A stretch of DNA of 64,000 bases from Actinomycetota bacterium (GCA_035701505.1 DASSSA010000133.1:11748-75747); one strand, 5' to 3'; shown: positions 30,784-43,883, counted from the first letter of the stretch. Notes: generated from the letters alone by a model not told the origin. Numbers and translations: made by a program.

Positions 30784-31197
30784 TCACGCAACCGACAGGA
30801 GCCGCGCGAACCGGGCCACCGTGAGCGGGTGGGCGACGAGCCCGGAGATCCGGATCTCCCGCCGAAGGATCTTGGCGAGGACGCGGCGGCCATCGCGTGA
30901 AAGCGGGTCCGGCAGACCCAACCGGAGCGGCGCGGACGACAGGAGAAGCAGGGCGTCGGAGTCTGCCCACACCCGCACGGGAAGCCGGCCGGGCCGGGAC
31001 GATCCGTTCGAGACCGAGACCTGCCCCGGCGACAGCGCGATCCGCACAGAGACCCCGGCGTCGACCGCGACCAACTCGACGACGGCCGGACCGAGCAGCG
31101 AACGCCGGTCCGGGTGCTGCCGAAGGTTCGCCTCGATCAGGCCTCCGACCATGGTCGCCAACCCGTTCGGTTCCTGGTCGGCGTACACCACGGTCAT
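30784..31197 (-). CDS. SCP2 (sterol carrier protein-2-like) domain protein, 137 aa
   Basis: The real ORF is the last 137 codons of track ORF 30784..31962. Its ATG overlaps the ADH stop (ATGA). SCP2-like pattern ...LIEANLRQHPDR...VRIALSPGQVSVSNG...LAKILRREIRISG. Confidence 0.7.
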   Translation of the reverse strand: MTVVYADQEPNGLATMVGGLIEANLRQHPDRRSLLGPAVVELVAVDAGVSVRIALSPGQVSVSNGSSRPGRLPVRVWADSDALLLLSSAPLRLGLPDPLSRDGRRVLAKILRREIRISGLVAHPLTVARFARLLSVA

Positions 31198-32234
31198 GGC
31201 ACGAGCAGGACCTTGGACGCTGCGCGGGAGTCGAACAGCTCGTACCCGACCGGCGCGTCGTCCAGCGACAGACGGTGGGAGATGATCGGCAGGGGATCGA
31301 TGCGTCCGGCCCGGACCTCGGCCAGCGCCCGGTCCCACCACGCGTGTATGGGACAGATGCCGCCGAACCGGATCTGCAGTGCACGGGCCCACCACACTCC
31401 GGCGGGGACGTCCACCGTCTCGCTCGTGAACATCCCCAGGACCGTGACGATGCCGCCTCGCCTGACCGCGTCGACGGCGGTGAACAGGGCGCTCGGCTCG
31501 CCGACCGCCTCGATCACGACGTCCGCGCCGCGCCCCTCCGTTCGCTCGGCCACGGCCATCTGGGGGTGCCGTTCGGAAACGTCGACCGCCACCGCACCGA
31601 CCTTCTCCGCCAGGGCCAGCCGATCGAGCTGCATGTCGAGGGCGAGCACCTGGCCAGCGCCGTGCACCAACGCCGCCTGCACGCTGAAGAATCCCACCGG
31701 CCCGGCTCCCACGACCGCGATCGTGTCGCCCTCCGTGATCCCCGAGATGGCCGCACCGTAGAACCCGGTGGTCAGGACGTCGCCCAGGAAGAGCGCCCGC
31801 TCGTCGTCGACGTCGTCCGGCACCGCGAGGAGGTTCGTGTCGGCGCACGGCACGCGGATCCGCTCCGCCTGCGCCCCCCCGAGGCCCCCGCCGAAGATCC
31901 CGGCTCCCAGGTTGCGGAAGTCCTCGCACAATTGGGTCTGCCCCCGCCGGCAGAACCAGCACCGGCCACAGGCGATGTCGAACGCCACCACCACGCGGTC
32001 CCCCGGGGCGAACCGTTCCACCTGCGGCCCCACGGCCTCCACCACCCCCATGGCCTCGTGACCGATGGGCTCGCCCGGCTCGAGCGGGGCCTTGCCGTGC
32101 AGGAAATGCAGATCCGACCGGCAGATCGCCGCGACGGAGACCCCGACGAGCGCGTCGTCCGGCTCCTCGATCCGGGGATCGGGCACGACCCGAACCGAGA
32201 CCCTGCCGATCTGCTCGAAGACGACCGCCCGCAC
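31194..32234 (-). CDS. Zinc-dependent alcohol dehydrogenase (MDR superfamily)
   Basis: Catalytic-Zn ligands (C..H..E), structural-Zn Cys cluster CGRCWFCRRGQTQLC and Rossmann VVGAGPVG. Confidence 0.9.
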   Translation of the reverse strand: MRAVVFEQIGRVSVRVVPDPRIEEPDDALVGVSVAAICRSDLHFLHGKAPLEPGEPIGHEAMGVVEAVGPQVERFAPGDRVVVAFDIACGRCWFCRRGQTQLCEDFRNLGAGIFGGGLGGAQAERIRVPCADTNLLAVPDDVDDERALFLGDVLTTGFYGAAISGITEGDTIAVVGAGPVGFFSVQAALVHGAGQVLALDMQLDRLALAEKVGAVAVDVSERHPQMAVAERTEGRGADVVIEAVGEPSALFTAVDAVRRGGIVTVLGMFTSETVDVPAGVWWARALQIRFGGICPIHAWWDRALAEVRAGRIDPLPIISHRLSLDDAPVGYELFDSRAASKVLLVP

Positions 32235-32247
32235 GCTGGTCCCGACG

Positions 32248-32688
32248 CTAGGGCGCGCCGCTTCCCGCGGGCAGCTCGTCGAGGAACTCGGTGGGCACGC
32301 TGGTCGTGAGATGGACGAGCTCGTTCGCCGCGCGGACGTACCGGATCATCGTCGGCAGGTCTCCCTGGAGCTTGAGCTTGCCCTGCATCATGCCCTTCAC
32401 CGGGTCGAGGTCCCCGGCCAGGACCTCCTTCCACCTGGTGTACGGGGCCCGCACGATGTACCGGGCCTTCGCGCCCTCCTCGGGGGCCACGATGCGGCCG
32501 GCCCGGCACTCGCCGTGCCACAGGTCGAGCCAGGCCCACGTGTCGGTGGGCACGTTCTTGTCGGGCTCGGCCTCGAACACGAAGGCCACATCCCCCTCCC
32601 AGTCCGCGGCGGCACCCCGGTACTCGTCCGAGGCGTTGATGCGCACCACGTAGAGCTCGATCCACTCGTCGCTCGGAAAGACGGCCAC
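32248..32688 (-). CDS. SCP2-like domain protein, 146 aa
   Basis: C-terminal SCP2 signature GDLDPVKGMMQGKLKLQGDLPTMIRYVRAANEL. Sits 13 nt upstream of the ADH gene. Confidence 0.7.
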   Translation of the reverse strand: MAVFPSDEWIELYVVRINASDEYRGAAADWEGDVAFVFEAEPDKNVPTDTWAWLDLWHGECRAGRIVAPEEGAKARYIVRAPYTRWKEVLAGDLDPVKGMMQGKLKLQGDLPTMIRYVRAANELVHLTTSVPTEFLDELPAGSGAP

Positions 32689-32730
32689 GGCATCCCCTCC
32701 ATCGGCGATTCCATCACATCCGAACAGCGC

Positions 32731-33504
32731 TCACCGCAGGGCCAGGATGAGCGTCAGCCCGATCACGTTGAACGTCGCATGCGCCACCATGCTGGCCACG
32801 ATGTTCCCTCGCCGCTGGTAGAACCAGGCCAGCGCGACCCCAGTGAACACCATGACGCCCATCAGGAGCACGCTGCCGTACACGGGCCCCGGCACGTAAT
32901 GGATGAGCCCGAACGCCAACCCGGAGCCCCCGGCGCCGACGGCGAAACCGTACCGGTCGGCCAGGGAGCGGAACAGGATGCCCCGGAAGAACAGCTCCTC
33001 GTGGATCGGGGCGATCACCAGGGAGTAGGCGATCGAGACGGCCACCCCCGCTGCCGACAGGTGGGCGGGCAGCTGGCGCGGGGACCGGATGGTCCGGCCC
33101 GTGACCAGCTGGAGCAGCAGGTTCAGGGCGATCGCCACGCCGAACACGACCACCGGGTACAGCAGCGCGCCGAAGCCGGTGCCGGCCCGGACCTCGGGCC
33201 AGATCCGGCGGGGCAGCCCGATCGAGTCCCTCCATCGGGGATGGAACCTCTGGAGCCACAACACCAGGAGTGCCACGTTGAGGAGGGCGATGATCGCCGA
33301 CGCCGACAGGTTCGCCAGACCCCGTGACCGGATCACCTGGAAGATCGGCAGCGCGGCGAACGCGCTCACGACCATGATGAGCAGGTACACCAGGATGGCC
33401 TCCCACCACCGCCAGTTGGCGAGAGGGCGCTCGGGCGTCGGCATCTCCGGGATGGAGGCACCCTGCGCCGGCAGGTCCGGGCGCGGCGGGACGCGGTCGC
33501 TCAT
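32731..33504 (-). CDS. CPBP-family intramembrane metalloprotease (CAAX protease / bacteriocin-processing family)
   Basis: Motifs EELFFRG, FGLIHY and HATFN in a 7-8 TM protein. The ATG at 33502-33504 overlaps the stop of the upstream membrane-protein gene. The track ORF (to 35112) is a junk extension. Confidence 0.8.
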   Translation of the reverse strand: MSDRVPPRPDLPAQGASIPEMPTPERPLANWRWWEAILVYLLIMVVSAFAALPIFQVIRSRGLANLSASAIIALLNVALLVLWLQRFHPRWRDSIGLPRRIWPEVRAGTGFGALLYPVVVFGVAIALNLLLQLVTGRTIRSPRQLPAHLSAAGVAVSIAYSLVIAPIHEELFFRGILFRSLADRYGFAVGAGGSGLAFGLIHYVPGPVYGSVLLMGVMVFTGVALAWFYQRRGNIVASMVAHATFNVIGLTLILALR

Positions 33505-35225
33505 GGTGTCCCCATCTTCTCGGGTTCCTCGATGAGGGACACGTAGACCAGTCCCCCGAGTCCAGATCCGAAGGCCAGCCCGACGGCCGCCGGCCCGGTG
33601 TCGTTGGCCACGTAGGCCACGATCCCGGCCAGGAGGGTGACGAGCAGCGCGTCGTGCCAGGCCGGGTGGCGATGGAACACCTGCCGCACGGGCGGGGGCG
33701 GGCGAAGCACCGCGACGAGGGTCGCCGGCAGCCCGATCACCGGCACGAGCGCGAACGGGTTCTGCTCGATGAGGTGCCATCCTGTGGAGAGCCGGTGGGT
33801 GAAGGTCCGCCACACATCCCCGAGGTTCCAGCCCGTCGCCTCCTCGAACCGGGTGACGTGCGTCGGGGTCGACGTCAGGAACCGGTGGGCGAACAGGATC
33901 ACCGCGGTCCCCACGACCACAATGGCGGCGGTGACGCCGGCCTCCCGCCAACCCAACCGGCCGCGCGTGCGCAGAGAGAGCCACAGGCCGGCGGCGGCGA
34001 AGAGCGAGACGGCGGCGCCGATGTTGGCTCCGGCGAACGGGAGCCCGGCGAACAGGGCCACGGCGACGACGAGTGCGAACCCCCATCCCGGTGGCAGCCG
34101 GAAGGCCACGTACAGCGACGCGCCGATCAGCAGGCCCACGAACACGTTCGGAAGGCCGAAGAACCGGCCCCCGTCGAGCTCTGAGCCGCCCAGGAACGGC
34201 GTGAGGGCGGCCGTCCACGCCGCGGCCGCTTCCGCGACGAAGAACAGGAGGACCCCGACCCCAATGGCGGCCGGCGGCAGCAGCGCGTCGCGCCGAGCCA
34301 GCGGCGCGAACGCCAGGGTGCCGACGGCCGTCGCGCCGATCACGAACGGGACGACGGTGGCGTACGACAGCGTCGGCAGATGTCCCGCCGCGAGCAGGGC
34401 AACCCCCATGGCCGGGACAGACATGCCCACCCACGCGCCGGCGCGTGCCAGGGTCCGCGGCACGCGCCGGCGCATCGCGATCAACGCGATCCCGAACAGG
34501 CCGCCCACGACCGCGTACAGGGCTGCCGCCGTCTGGACGGGGACGGTCATCCGCCGCATGGCCAGGTACCGCTCGTGCAGCTCGAACGGCGGCGGATCGT
34601 CCACCACCCGAAGCGGGAGGCCATCGAGGTCGTTGGGCACCGCCCGTCCGAGGAACTCGAAGATCGTCGGCCGGACGTCGAGATCGGTCACGACTCCGGT
34701 TCGCCGCGTGGTGTCCGACGCCAGCGTCCGCGGCTCGCCGTCCAGCTCGAACAGGACGGCTGGCACACCGCTCCCCATGACCAGCGGATGGACGAGGTCC
34801 CTGGCGGCTACCATCGCGGGGGACGAAGTGGTCGAGGCCACGATCACGAGCACCCGATCGGCTGCGGACCCCAGCACCTCGCGCCGGATGTGCGTCCCGA
34901 CCCCGGACAGACCCCCGGAGTCCAGCGGGTCGAGCCACCGCCACGCCACCGGGCACGAGCGAGATAGGTCGGCTTCGTGCGTGGGCAGCCCACCCTGCAG
35001 GCTCATGATCGCAGCCCCGCCCGCGCCGGCCAGAGCTCGAATCTGGGAGACGCCGAGCAGGTCCTCGAAGGAGGTCGCCGGGACGAGGAAGACGAACGCC
35101 TGCGGCTCGCAAGGGGTGATGACCTCCGCCTCCGCCCGACGGGCGAAAGGCGGAAGCAGGAGGAGCATCAGGAGGAGAAGGGCCGCGCCCGCCCCGATAT
35201 GCAGCCGGGCGAGGACGCGGGTCAC
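33501..35225 (-). CDS. Polytopic membrane protein with N-terminal signal peptide and about 190-aa extracytoplasmic domain. Function unknown.
   Basis: GTG at 35223-35225 overlaps the murA stop (GTGA). Signal-like [29 protein letters not shown], then a soluble domain containing [13 protein letters not shown], which is loosely reminiscent of alkaline-phosphatase/sulfatase-superfamily C-terminal motifs. This is followed by about 8 TM helices. Confidence 0.6.
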   Translation of the reverse strand: MTRVLARLHIGAGAALLLLMLLLLPPFARRAEAEVITPCEPQAFVFLVPATSFEDLLGVSQIRALAGAGGAAIMSLQGGLPTHEADLSRSCPVAWRWLDPLDSGGLSGVGTHIRREVLGSAADRVLVIVASTTSSPAMVAARDLVHPLVMGSGVPAVLFELDGEPRTLASDTTRRTGVVTDLDVRPTIFEFLGRAVPNDLDGLPLRVVDDPPPFELHERYLAMRRMTVPVQTAAALYAVVGGLFGIALIAMRRRVPRTLARAGAWVGMSVPAMGVALLAAGHLPTLSYATVVPFVIGATAVGTLAFAPLARRDALLPPAAIGVGVLLFFVAEAAAAWTAALTPFLGGSELDGGRFFGLPNVFVGLLIGASLYVAFRLPPGWGFALVVAVALFAGLPFAGANIGAAVSLFAAAGLWLSLRTRGRLGWREAGVTAAIVVVGTAVILFAHRFLTSTPTHVTRFEEATGWNLGDVWRTFTHRLSTGWHLIEQNPFALVPVIGLPATLVAVLRPPPPVRQVFHRHPAWHDALLVTLLAGIVAYVANDTGPAAVGLAFGSGLGGLVYVSLIEEPEKMGTP

Positions 35226-36523
35226 CAGGGCGCCGGAGTGAGCTGTCGCTCCCGTCGAACCTCGGCGCCCAGGCCGAGGAGCTTGGCCTCGAAGTCCTGG
35301 TACCCCCGATCCACGTGGTACATGTCCTCGACGGCGGTGATGCCGTCGGCGCACAGGGCCGCGATCACCATGGCCGCTCCCGCCCGGATGTCGAGGGCCC
35401 GGACCGGGGCGGCCGACAGGTGATCCACGCCCCGGATCACCGCGTGATGGCCCTCGGTCCTGATGTCCGCCCCCATCCGGTTCAGCTCGTCCACGAACAT
35501 GAACCGGCTCTCGAAGACGTTCTCCGTCACGATGCTCGTCCCCTCCGCCACGGAGAGCAGGGCCATCATCTGGGGCTGGAGGTCGGTGGGGAACCCCGGA
35601 TACGGAAGCGTCACGAAATCCACAGCTCGGGCGCCGTCCCCCAAGCCGATGGCCACGCCGGCCTCGGTCACCAGCACCTCGGCGCCGAGCTCGGTCAGTT
35701 TGGCCAGGACCAGGTCCATGTGATCGCCTCGTGCCCGCTCCAGGAGGACCTGTCCCCCGGTAGCGCACACCGCGATGGCGAAGGTCCCGGCCTCGATCCG
35801 ATCGGGGATCACGCTGTGGCGGACGGGGTGGAAGTCGTCCGTCCCCAGGATCTCGATCGTGGGGGTGCCGACGCCCTCGATGCGCCCCCCCATCTCCTGG
35901 AGGAACTCGGCCAGGTCCGAGAGCTCGGGCTCGCGGGCCGCGTTCTCGATGACGGTCGTCCCTCGGGCAGCCACGGCCGCCATCATCACGTTCTCCGTAG
36001 CGCCCACGCTGGGGAAGTCGAGCGAGATGGTCGTGCCGGACAGGCCTCCGGGAGCGACCCCCTCAAGGAACCCATGCTCGGAGGAGAAGCGAGCTCCCAT
36101 CTTCTCCAGGCCGCGGACGTGCAGGTCGATCTTCCGCGATCCGATGTTGCAGCCGCCCGGCATGGCCACGCGGGCGCGGCCGTACCGCGCGAGCAGCGGC
36201 CCCAAGACGAGGATCGACGCCCGCATCCGGCTGACCAGCTCATAGGGGGCCTCCACGGAGAGCACCTCGCTCGCGTCGATCGCCAGGTCGTCCTCCCAGG
36301 CCACCTCGGCCCCGAGCTGCTCGAGGACCTCCACCATGGTCAGGCAGTCCTGGATGCGGGGGACGTTCGAGAGCACGGTCCGCCCCGGCGCCAGCAGGGC
36401 GGCGGCCATCAGCTTCAGGGCGGAGTTCTTCGCCCCGGCGATGGGGATCGAGCCCGAGAGACGAGCTCCCCCCGTGACCAGGAAGCGGTCCACGGCGTCG
36501 ATTGTAGGTGTGCTCAAGCCCAC
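35222..36523 (-). CDS. murA: UDP-N-acetylglucosamine 1-carboxyvinyltransferase
   Basis: 433 aa. MurA-like throughout, with the catalytic Cys loop region. GTG start (36523, or alternatively 36493). Confidence 0.95.
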   Translation of the reverse strand: MGLSTPTIDAVDRFLVTGGARLSGSIPIAGAKNSALKLMAAALLAPGRTVLSNVPRIQDCLTMVEVLEQLGAEVAWEDDLAIDASEVLSVEAPYELVSRMRASILVLGPLLARYGRARVAMPGGCNIGSRKIDLHVRGLEKMGARFSSEHGFLEGVAPGGLSGTTISLDFPSVGATENVMMAAVAARGTTVIENAAREPELSDLAEFLQEMGGRIEGVGTPTIEILGTDDFHPVRHSVIPDRIEAGTFAIAVCATGGQVLLERARGDHMDLVLAKLTELGAEVLVTEAGVAIGLGDGARAVDFVTLPYPGFPTDLQPQMMALLSVAEGTSIVTENVFESRFMFVDELNRMGADIRTEGHHAVIRGVDHLSAAPVRALDIRAGAAMVIAALCADGITAVEDMYHVDRGYQDFEAKLLGLGAEVRRERQLTPAPW

Positions 36524-36574
36524 GTTTCTCCGGATCGACGGTCTACCCGAGCCAGGCGTTCCCGAAACCGAGGC

Positions 36575-36967
36575 TCAGCGGGCCAGCTCCACCCGGGCCA
36601 TGGCCTTGGCCAGCTCGGCCCGCAGGCCGACGTCGTCCCGCCGGCCCAGCTCTCCCTGGAGTTCCTGCACCCGGCCCTCCGCGGCCCGAAGGTCGATCTG
36701 CCCGGCCATCTCAGCGGAGGAGGCCAGCACGTCCACCCGGGTGACGCCCTCGGTCGTGGTCACGTGCAGGAAGCCGCCGTCCACGACGGCGGCTTCCTCC
36801 GTCCCGTCGATCCGGATACGGAGCCGCCCCACGGCCAGCCGGATGAGGAGCGGGGCATGCTGAGGTAGGATGCCCACCTCGCCCTCCACCCCCCTGGCGA
36901 TGACCATGGCGGCCTCGCCCGACCAGATCTCGCGCTCTGGGGAGACGACGTGCACGTCGAGCGGCAT
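36575..36967 (-). CDS. atpC: F0F1 ATP synthase epsilon subunit
   Basis: 130 aa. MPLDVHVVSPEREIWSGEA... typical epsilon. Confidence 0.9.
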   Translation of the reverse strand: MPLDVHVVSPEREIWSGEAAMVIARGVEGEVGILPQHAPLLIRLAVGRLRIRIDGTEEAAVVDGGFLHVTTTEGVTRVDVLASSAEMAGQIDLRAAEGRVQELQGELGRRDDVGLRAELAKAMARVELAR

Positions 36968-36969
36968 GC

Positions 36970-39325
<2,356 letters not shown>

Positions 39326-39329
39326 CCGG

Positions 39330-40985
39330 TCAGCCCTCCTCGCCCTCGTCCTCGTCCACCGACGACATCCGGTCCCACCCCACGTCGGGCTTGACCTGGT
39401 CGGGCGGCGTCGGGGCGCCGATGCCAGCCGCGCTCCCCGCCCCCCCGCCGGAGGAGGCGAAGATCTCCTTGAACGCGAGGATGGCCTCCTTCAGCTTGGT
39501 CTCGATCTCCTCGGGGAGGTCGCCCTTGTCCCGGATGCGCTCAACGATCTCGCGGTTGCGGGTGGCCACGAAGTCGAGCAGCTCGGCCTCGAACCGCTTG
39601 CAGTCCTCGAGCGGGACGTCGTCGAGATACCCACCGGTCACCGCGTAGACCGAGATGACCTGCCGTTCGACAGACAAGGGCTCGTATTGCGGCTGCTTCA
39701 GGACCTCCACCACCCTGGCGCCGCGGGCGAGCTGCTGCTGGGACGCCTTGTCCAGCTCGGAACCGAACTCGGCGAAGGCCTCGAGCTCGCGGTACTGCGC
39801 GAGGTCCAGGCGGAGCCGGCCGGCAACCTGCTTCATCCCCCTGATCTGGGCGTTGCCGCCGACCCGCGAGACCGAGATGCCGACGTTGATGGCGGGCCGG
39901 ACGCCGGCGTAGAACAGGTCGGGCTCGAGGTAGATCTGCCCGTCGGTGATGGAGATGACGTTGGTCGGGATGTATGCGGAGATGTCGTTGCCCTTGGTCT
40001 CCACGATGGGAAGGCCCGTGAGCGACCCACCCCCCAGCTCCTCGGAGAGCTTGGCGCACCGCTCGAGGAGTCGTGAGTGCAGGTAGAAGACGTCGCCCGG
40101 ATAGGCCTCGCGGCCGGCCGGGCGGCGGAGCAGGAGCGAGATCTCACGGTACGCCTCCGCCTGCTTCGACAGGTCGTCGAACACGACTAGGGCGTGCTGC
40201 CCCTCGTACATCCAGTGCTGCCCCATCGCCGAGCCCGCGTACGGCGCGATGTACTTGAACGAGGCCGGATAGGCGGCCGGGGCGTTCACCACCACCGTGT
40301 AGTCCATCGCCCCGCGCTCGGTGAGCGCCTCGACCACCTCTCGAACGGTCGAGCCCTTCTGGCCCACAGCCACGTAGATGCACTTCACCTGGCGGTCGGT
40401 GCCCCACAGCTCGCGCTGGTTGATGATGGTGTCGACCACGATGGCGGTCTTGCCGGTTTGCCGGTCTCCGATGATCAGCTCCCTCTGGCCCCGTCCGATC
40501 GGCGTCATCGCGTCGATGGATTTGATGCCGGTTTGCAGGGGCTCCTTCACCGGCTGGCGCGAGACCACCGACGGAGCCTGCACCTCCAGGGGCCGGGTGG
40601 CCTCCGAGGCCACTGGACCCTTGCCATCGAGTGGTCGCCCCAGGGGGTCGACCACCCGGCCGAGCAGGGCGTCCCCGACCGGCGCGGACAGGATGCGGCC
40701 GGTCCGCTTGACCGGGTCGCCCTCCTCGATGTCGGCGAACTCCTCGTCCAGGATCACGCAGCCGATCCGGTCCTCGTCCAGGTTCGACGCCAGGCCGAGC
40801 TTGCCACCGGGGAACTCGAGGAGCTCGTTGGCCATGGTCCGGGGCAGCCCCAGGACGACCGCGATCCCGGCCCCCGCCTCGTGAACGCGGCCGACCTCCT
40901 CGCGCTCGACGGATGGCTTGTAGGTTTGCACCGCTTTGCGGAGGGCCTCCGCGATCGTCTGGGGGTCGAAGGTCAGCTCTGCCAT
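39330..40985 (-). CDS. atpA: F0F1 ATP synthase alpha subunit
   Basis: Walker A GDRQTGKT. 551 aa. Confidence 0.95.
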   Translation of the reverse strand: MAELTFDPQTIAEALRKAVQTYKPSVEREEVGRVHEAGAGIAVVLGLPRTMANELLEFPGGKLGLASNLDEDRIGCVILDEEFADIEEGDPVKRTGRILSAPVGDALLGRVVDPLGRPLDGKGPVASEATRPLEVQAPSVVSRQPVKEPLQTGIKSIDAMTPIGRGQRELIIGDRQTGKTAIVVDTIINQRELWGTDRQVKCIYVAVGQKGSTVREVVEALTERGAMDYTVVVNAPAAYPASFKYIAPYAGSAMGQHWMYEGQHALVVFDDLSKQAEAYREISLLLRRPAGREAYPGDVFYLHSRLLERCAKLSEELGGGSLTGLPIVETKGNDISAYIPTNVISITDGQIYLEPDLFYAGVRPAINVGISVSRVGGNAQIRGMKQVAGRLRLDLAQYRELEAFAEFGSELDKASQQQLARGARVVEVLKQPQYEPLSVERQVISVYAVTGGYLDDVPLEDCKRFEAELLDFVATRNREIVERIRDKGDLPEEIETKLKEAILAFKEIFASSGGGAGSAAGIGAPTPPDQVKPDVGWDRMSSVDEDEGEEG

Positions 40986-40989
40986 GGCT

Positions 40990-41532
40990 TCACACGCTCC
41001 CCAACCGTTCCCGCGCCGCTTCGAGACGGGTCCGGACCGTCCCGTCGAACACCTCGTCGCCCACTCGTGCCAGGACGCCGCCGATCACCGAAGGGTCGAT
41101 CACCACGTTGATCTCCACGTGCTTGCCGGTGGCCCCCGAGAGCGCCTGGGCCAGCTTCTTGCGTCGCTCCAGGGTGAGCGGCACGGCCGAACGCACCTCC
41201 GCGACCACGTGCTTTCGCCGCTCCGCGGCCAGCTCGGACAGGCCCTCCACGATCCGGCCGAGCTCCCTGGCCCTGCCCTGCTCGATCAGGAACCCCAGGA
41301 TGTTCACGGTGTGGGGGTTCGCCCGGTCGTCGAGCAGCTCGTCCACCAGCGCCCGCTTGTTCTCCGCCGGGAGCGCGGGGTCGGTGAGCGCCTCGCTGAG
41401 TCGCCCGTCGCGTTCGACCGCCTTGGCGAAGGCGAACAGCTCGTCCTCCACGGTCCCCAGGTCGTCCTCCGCATCAATCACCGCGAGCAGGGCGTGGGCG
41501 TAGCCGTTCACGATCTCGTCCTTGGTGGCCAC
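40990..41532 (-). CDS. atpH: F0F1 ATP synthase delta (OSCP) subunit
   Basis: 180 aa. Position in the operon and OSCP-like helical pattern. Confidence 0.85.
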   Translation of the reverse strand: MATKDEIVNGYAHALLAVIDAEDDLGTVEDELFAFAKAVERDGRLSEALTDPALPAENKRALVDELLDDRANPHTVNILGFLIEQGRARELGRIVEGLSELAAERRKHVVAEVRSAVPLTLERRKKLAQALSGATGKHVEINVVIDPSVIGGVLARVGDEVFDGTVRTRLEAARERLGSV

Positions 41533-42098
41533 TACGCCTTCCCGTTCCCCGATCCCGACACCTGCTCGATGAACTGGTCGACCAGCTTCTGCTGGGTCGT
41601 CTTGTCGAGCTCCTTCTCCACCACCCGTTCGGCCAGCTCAACCGCGATCTGGCCGACCTGGGAGGAGAGCTCGCGGAGCACGCGGTCCCGTTCCGCCCTG
41701 ATCTCCTCGGTGGCTCGAGCCACGGTGGCTCCGGCCTCCTGCTCCGCCTTGGCCTGAAGGTCGGTCCGCAATTGCTCGGCGGTCTTGCGCCCCTCCTCGA
41801 TGATCCGGTTCGCCTCCTCGCGAGCGTTCGCCAATTGCTCGCGGTACCGGGCGAGCTCGGCGTCCGCCTCCCGCCGCGTGGCCTCGGCCCGTTCCAGCTC
41901 GCCCTGGATCTTCTGGCGGCGTTCGTCGAGGAGCCTGGCCACACGTGGAAGCACCCACTTCCACATGAAGTAGAAAATGACCCCGAACGCGATGGCTCCG
42001 ACGATCAGCTCTTGGGCATGTGGATAAAGATCCTCCTTCTCACTGACCTCAGACGTACTCTCCGCTTGGAGCAGGATCGATGCTATGAGCGTGTGCAC
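41532..42098 (-). CDS. atpF: F0F1 ATP synthase subunit b
   Basis: Single N-terminal TM helix followed by a long charged coiled coil. Confidence 0.85.
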   Translation of the reverse strand: MHTLIASILLQAESTSEVSEKEDLYPHAQELIVGAIAFGVIFYFMWKWVLPRVARLLDERRQKIQGELERAEATRREADAELARYREQLANAREEANRIIEEGRKTAEQLRTDLQAKAEQEAGATVARATEEIRAERDRVLRELSSQVGQIAVELAERVVEKELDKTTQQKLVDQFIEQVSGSGNGKA

Positions 42099-42110
42099 GT
42101 GGCCCTCTCC

Positions 42111-42371
<261 letters not shown>

Positions 42372-43169
42372 CTAGTGCTCCTCAGCCAATGCCTGCCCGA
42401 TGTAGGAGGCGCTGAGGATCGCGAAGATGAATGCCTGCAGGATCGCAACGAAGATCTCGAAGCCGACGAGGAGCACGGACAGAGGTATGGACACCCCGGC
42501 GAAGATCCACGTCTTCGGGCCGTTCTCGAGGAAGAAGATCGTCCCCAGGAAGAAGATGGCCAGTAGGAAGTGTCCTGCCAGGAAGTTGGCCGTGAGACGG
42601 ACGGTGAGGGTGATCGGACGCACGACGATATTCGATACGAACTCGATCAACATCAGCAACGTGTACCGTAACCACCCCGGTGCTTGATCGATGATGCACG
42701 TGTGGCGTAGGTAGCCCAAGAAGCCGTGCCTGGCGATCCCGACACCGTTGTAGGTGACCCACGAGATGCTCGCGAGGAGTAGCGGGATTGCAACCCGGCT
42801 GGTGGGGGCGAAGTTGAACCCCGGAGCTACTTCGAAGAGGTTAGCGATCAGGATGAAGAAGAAGAACGAAGCCAGCAGAGGGAGGAACCGGTCGGCTTCA
42901 CTGCCCAGCATGGGGATCGCGATCTGCTCCCGGACGAACTGGATGCCGAGCTCCATGAGGGCCTGGAACCTCCCGGGCACGATCGTGGGCTTGCGGAACG
43001 CGAGATAGAACAGCGCGATGAACAAGATGAGGGTCAAGAGGATCAGGAACGTGATGAAGTTCACACAGAAGTGGAACCCGAAAATGGAGAACCCGCCGCC
43101 CCAGCACCCAAAGACGAAATCCTTGGTGCTCGGAGCCACGAACTCGGCGGCCAGGAAGCCGGGGGTCAC
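42372..43169 (-). CDS. atpB: F0F1 ATP synthase subunit a
   Basis: Conserved R in the LTVRLTANFLAGH motif. GTG start at 43167-43169 immediately after the upstream atpI-like stop. The track ORF is extended into junk. Confidence 0.85.
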   Translation of the reverse strand: MTPGFLAAEFVAPSTKDFVFGCWGGGFSIFGFHFCVNFITFLILLTLILFIALFYLAFRKPTIVPGRFQALMELGIQFVREQIAIPMLGSEADRFLPLLASFFFFILIANLFEVAPGFNFAPTSRVAIPLLLASISWVTYNGVGIARHGFLGYLRHTCIIDQAPGWLRYTLLMLIEFVSNIVVRPITLTVRLTANFLAGHFLLAIFFLGTIFFLENGPKTWIFAGVSIPLSVLLVGFEIFVAILQAFIFAILSASYIGQALAEEH

Positions 43170-43582
43170 CCAGAACCCTTCCCAATTGACCAGAGGTCGA
43201 GCTGCATACGGCCAGACAGCGCCTTCATCTCGAATGCCAGCAGCACGACTGTCGCGGGGACGGCGGTGGCGGCAAACGCGACTGGTGAGAACCAGTCGAG
43301 GCCATTCAGGACGATCAACAGCACAAGGATCGTGAGCATCCGCAGGAAGAATCCGGCGAGGCCTACGGCAGCTAGCGCGATCGAGGAGATGCTCGCCGCC
43401 CACGCGAACGAGAGCCCGGCCGCGATGAAGTTGGCCGCGACGACCGATACGCCGATCGCCGCCGACCATCCTGCACCCCAGTCGGCAAGGGCGGCGCCCC
43501 CGACGAGTCCGAGCCCCGCAGCCGGAGGGATGAACGGCGCAGCTCGCCGGATCAGCTCTCGCTCCGGTTCGGGGCCCCTCAA
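43166..43582 (-). CDS. AtpI-like small membrane protein
   Basis: Last 138 codons of track ORF 43166..44845. Hydrophobic segments ...LVGGAALADWGAGWSAAIGVSVVAANFIAAGLSFAWAA...MLTILVLLIVLNGLDWFSPVAFAATAV. Putative TTG start overlapping the atpZ stop. The start is uncertain. Confidence 0.45.
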   Translation of the reverse strand: MRGPEPERELIRRAAPFIPPAAGLGLVGGAALADWGAGWSAAIGVSVVAANFIAAGLSFAWAASISSIALAAVGLAGFFLRMLTILVLLIVLNGLDWFSPVAFAATAVPATVVLLAFEMKALSGRMQLDLWSIGKGSG

Positions 43583-43800
43583 CTGCCGCCCCTGCCGAAC
43601 CTCAGATACACGATGTAGATCCCTCCGGCGGCGCCCACCACGATCCCGATTCCCATGAGCACGTGTCGGGAAGTGCCGACCAACCAATCCACCAGATAGC
43701 CGAGACCACCCCCCACGAGCATCCCCGCGATCAGCGTGGAGATGATCGCCCACCCGATCCCCAGGCCGGTCCATGGATTCTCGTTCCCCGGCCCGGCCAT
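43579..43800 (-). CDS. AtpZ-like (ATP synthase protein I2-type) small membrane protein, 73 aa
   Basis: MAGPGNENPWTGLGIGWAIISTLIAGMLVGGGLGYLVDWLVGTSRHVLMGIGIVVGAAGGIYIVYLRFG has two TM helices. It is the first gene of the atp operon. Confidence 0.5.
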   Translation of the reverse strand: MAGPGNENPWTGLGIGWAIISTLIAGMLVGGGLGYLVDWLVGTSRHVLMGIGIVVGAAGGIYIVYLRFGRGGS

Positions 43801-43883
43801 GGCCGGCAGAGTATATCTGCGGGTCGTTTCGGCGCGACTCGACACGCGTTTCCGCAGCCAGATGGCCACTGCGCGTCGAGCTT

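Noticed and set aside
30784-31962. 392-aa minus-strand track ORF
   Set aside because: Only the C-terminal 137 codons (SCP2 protein, ATG 31195-31197) are real. The upstream part runs through the ADH gene in another frame.
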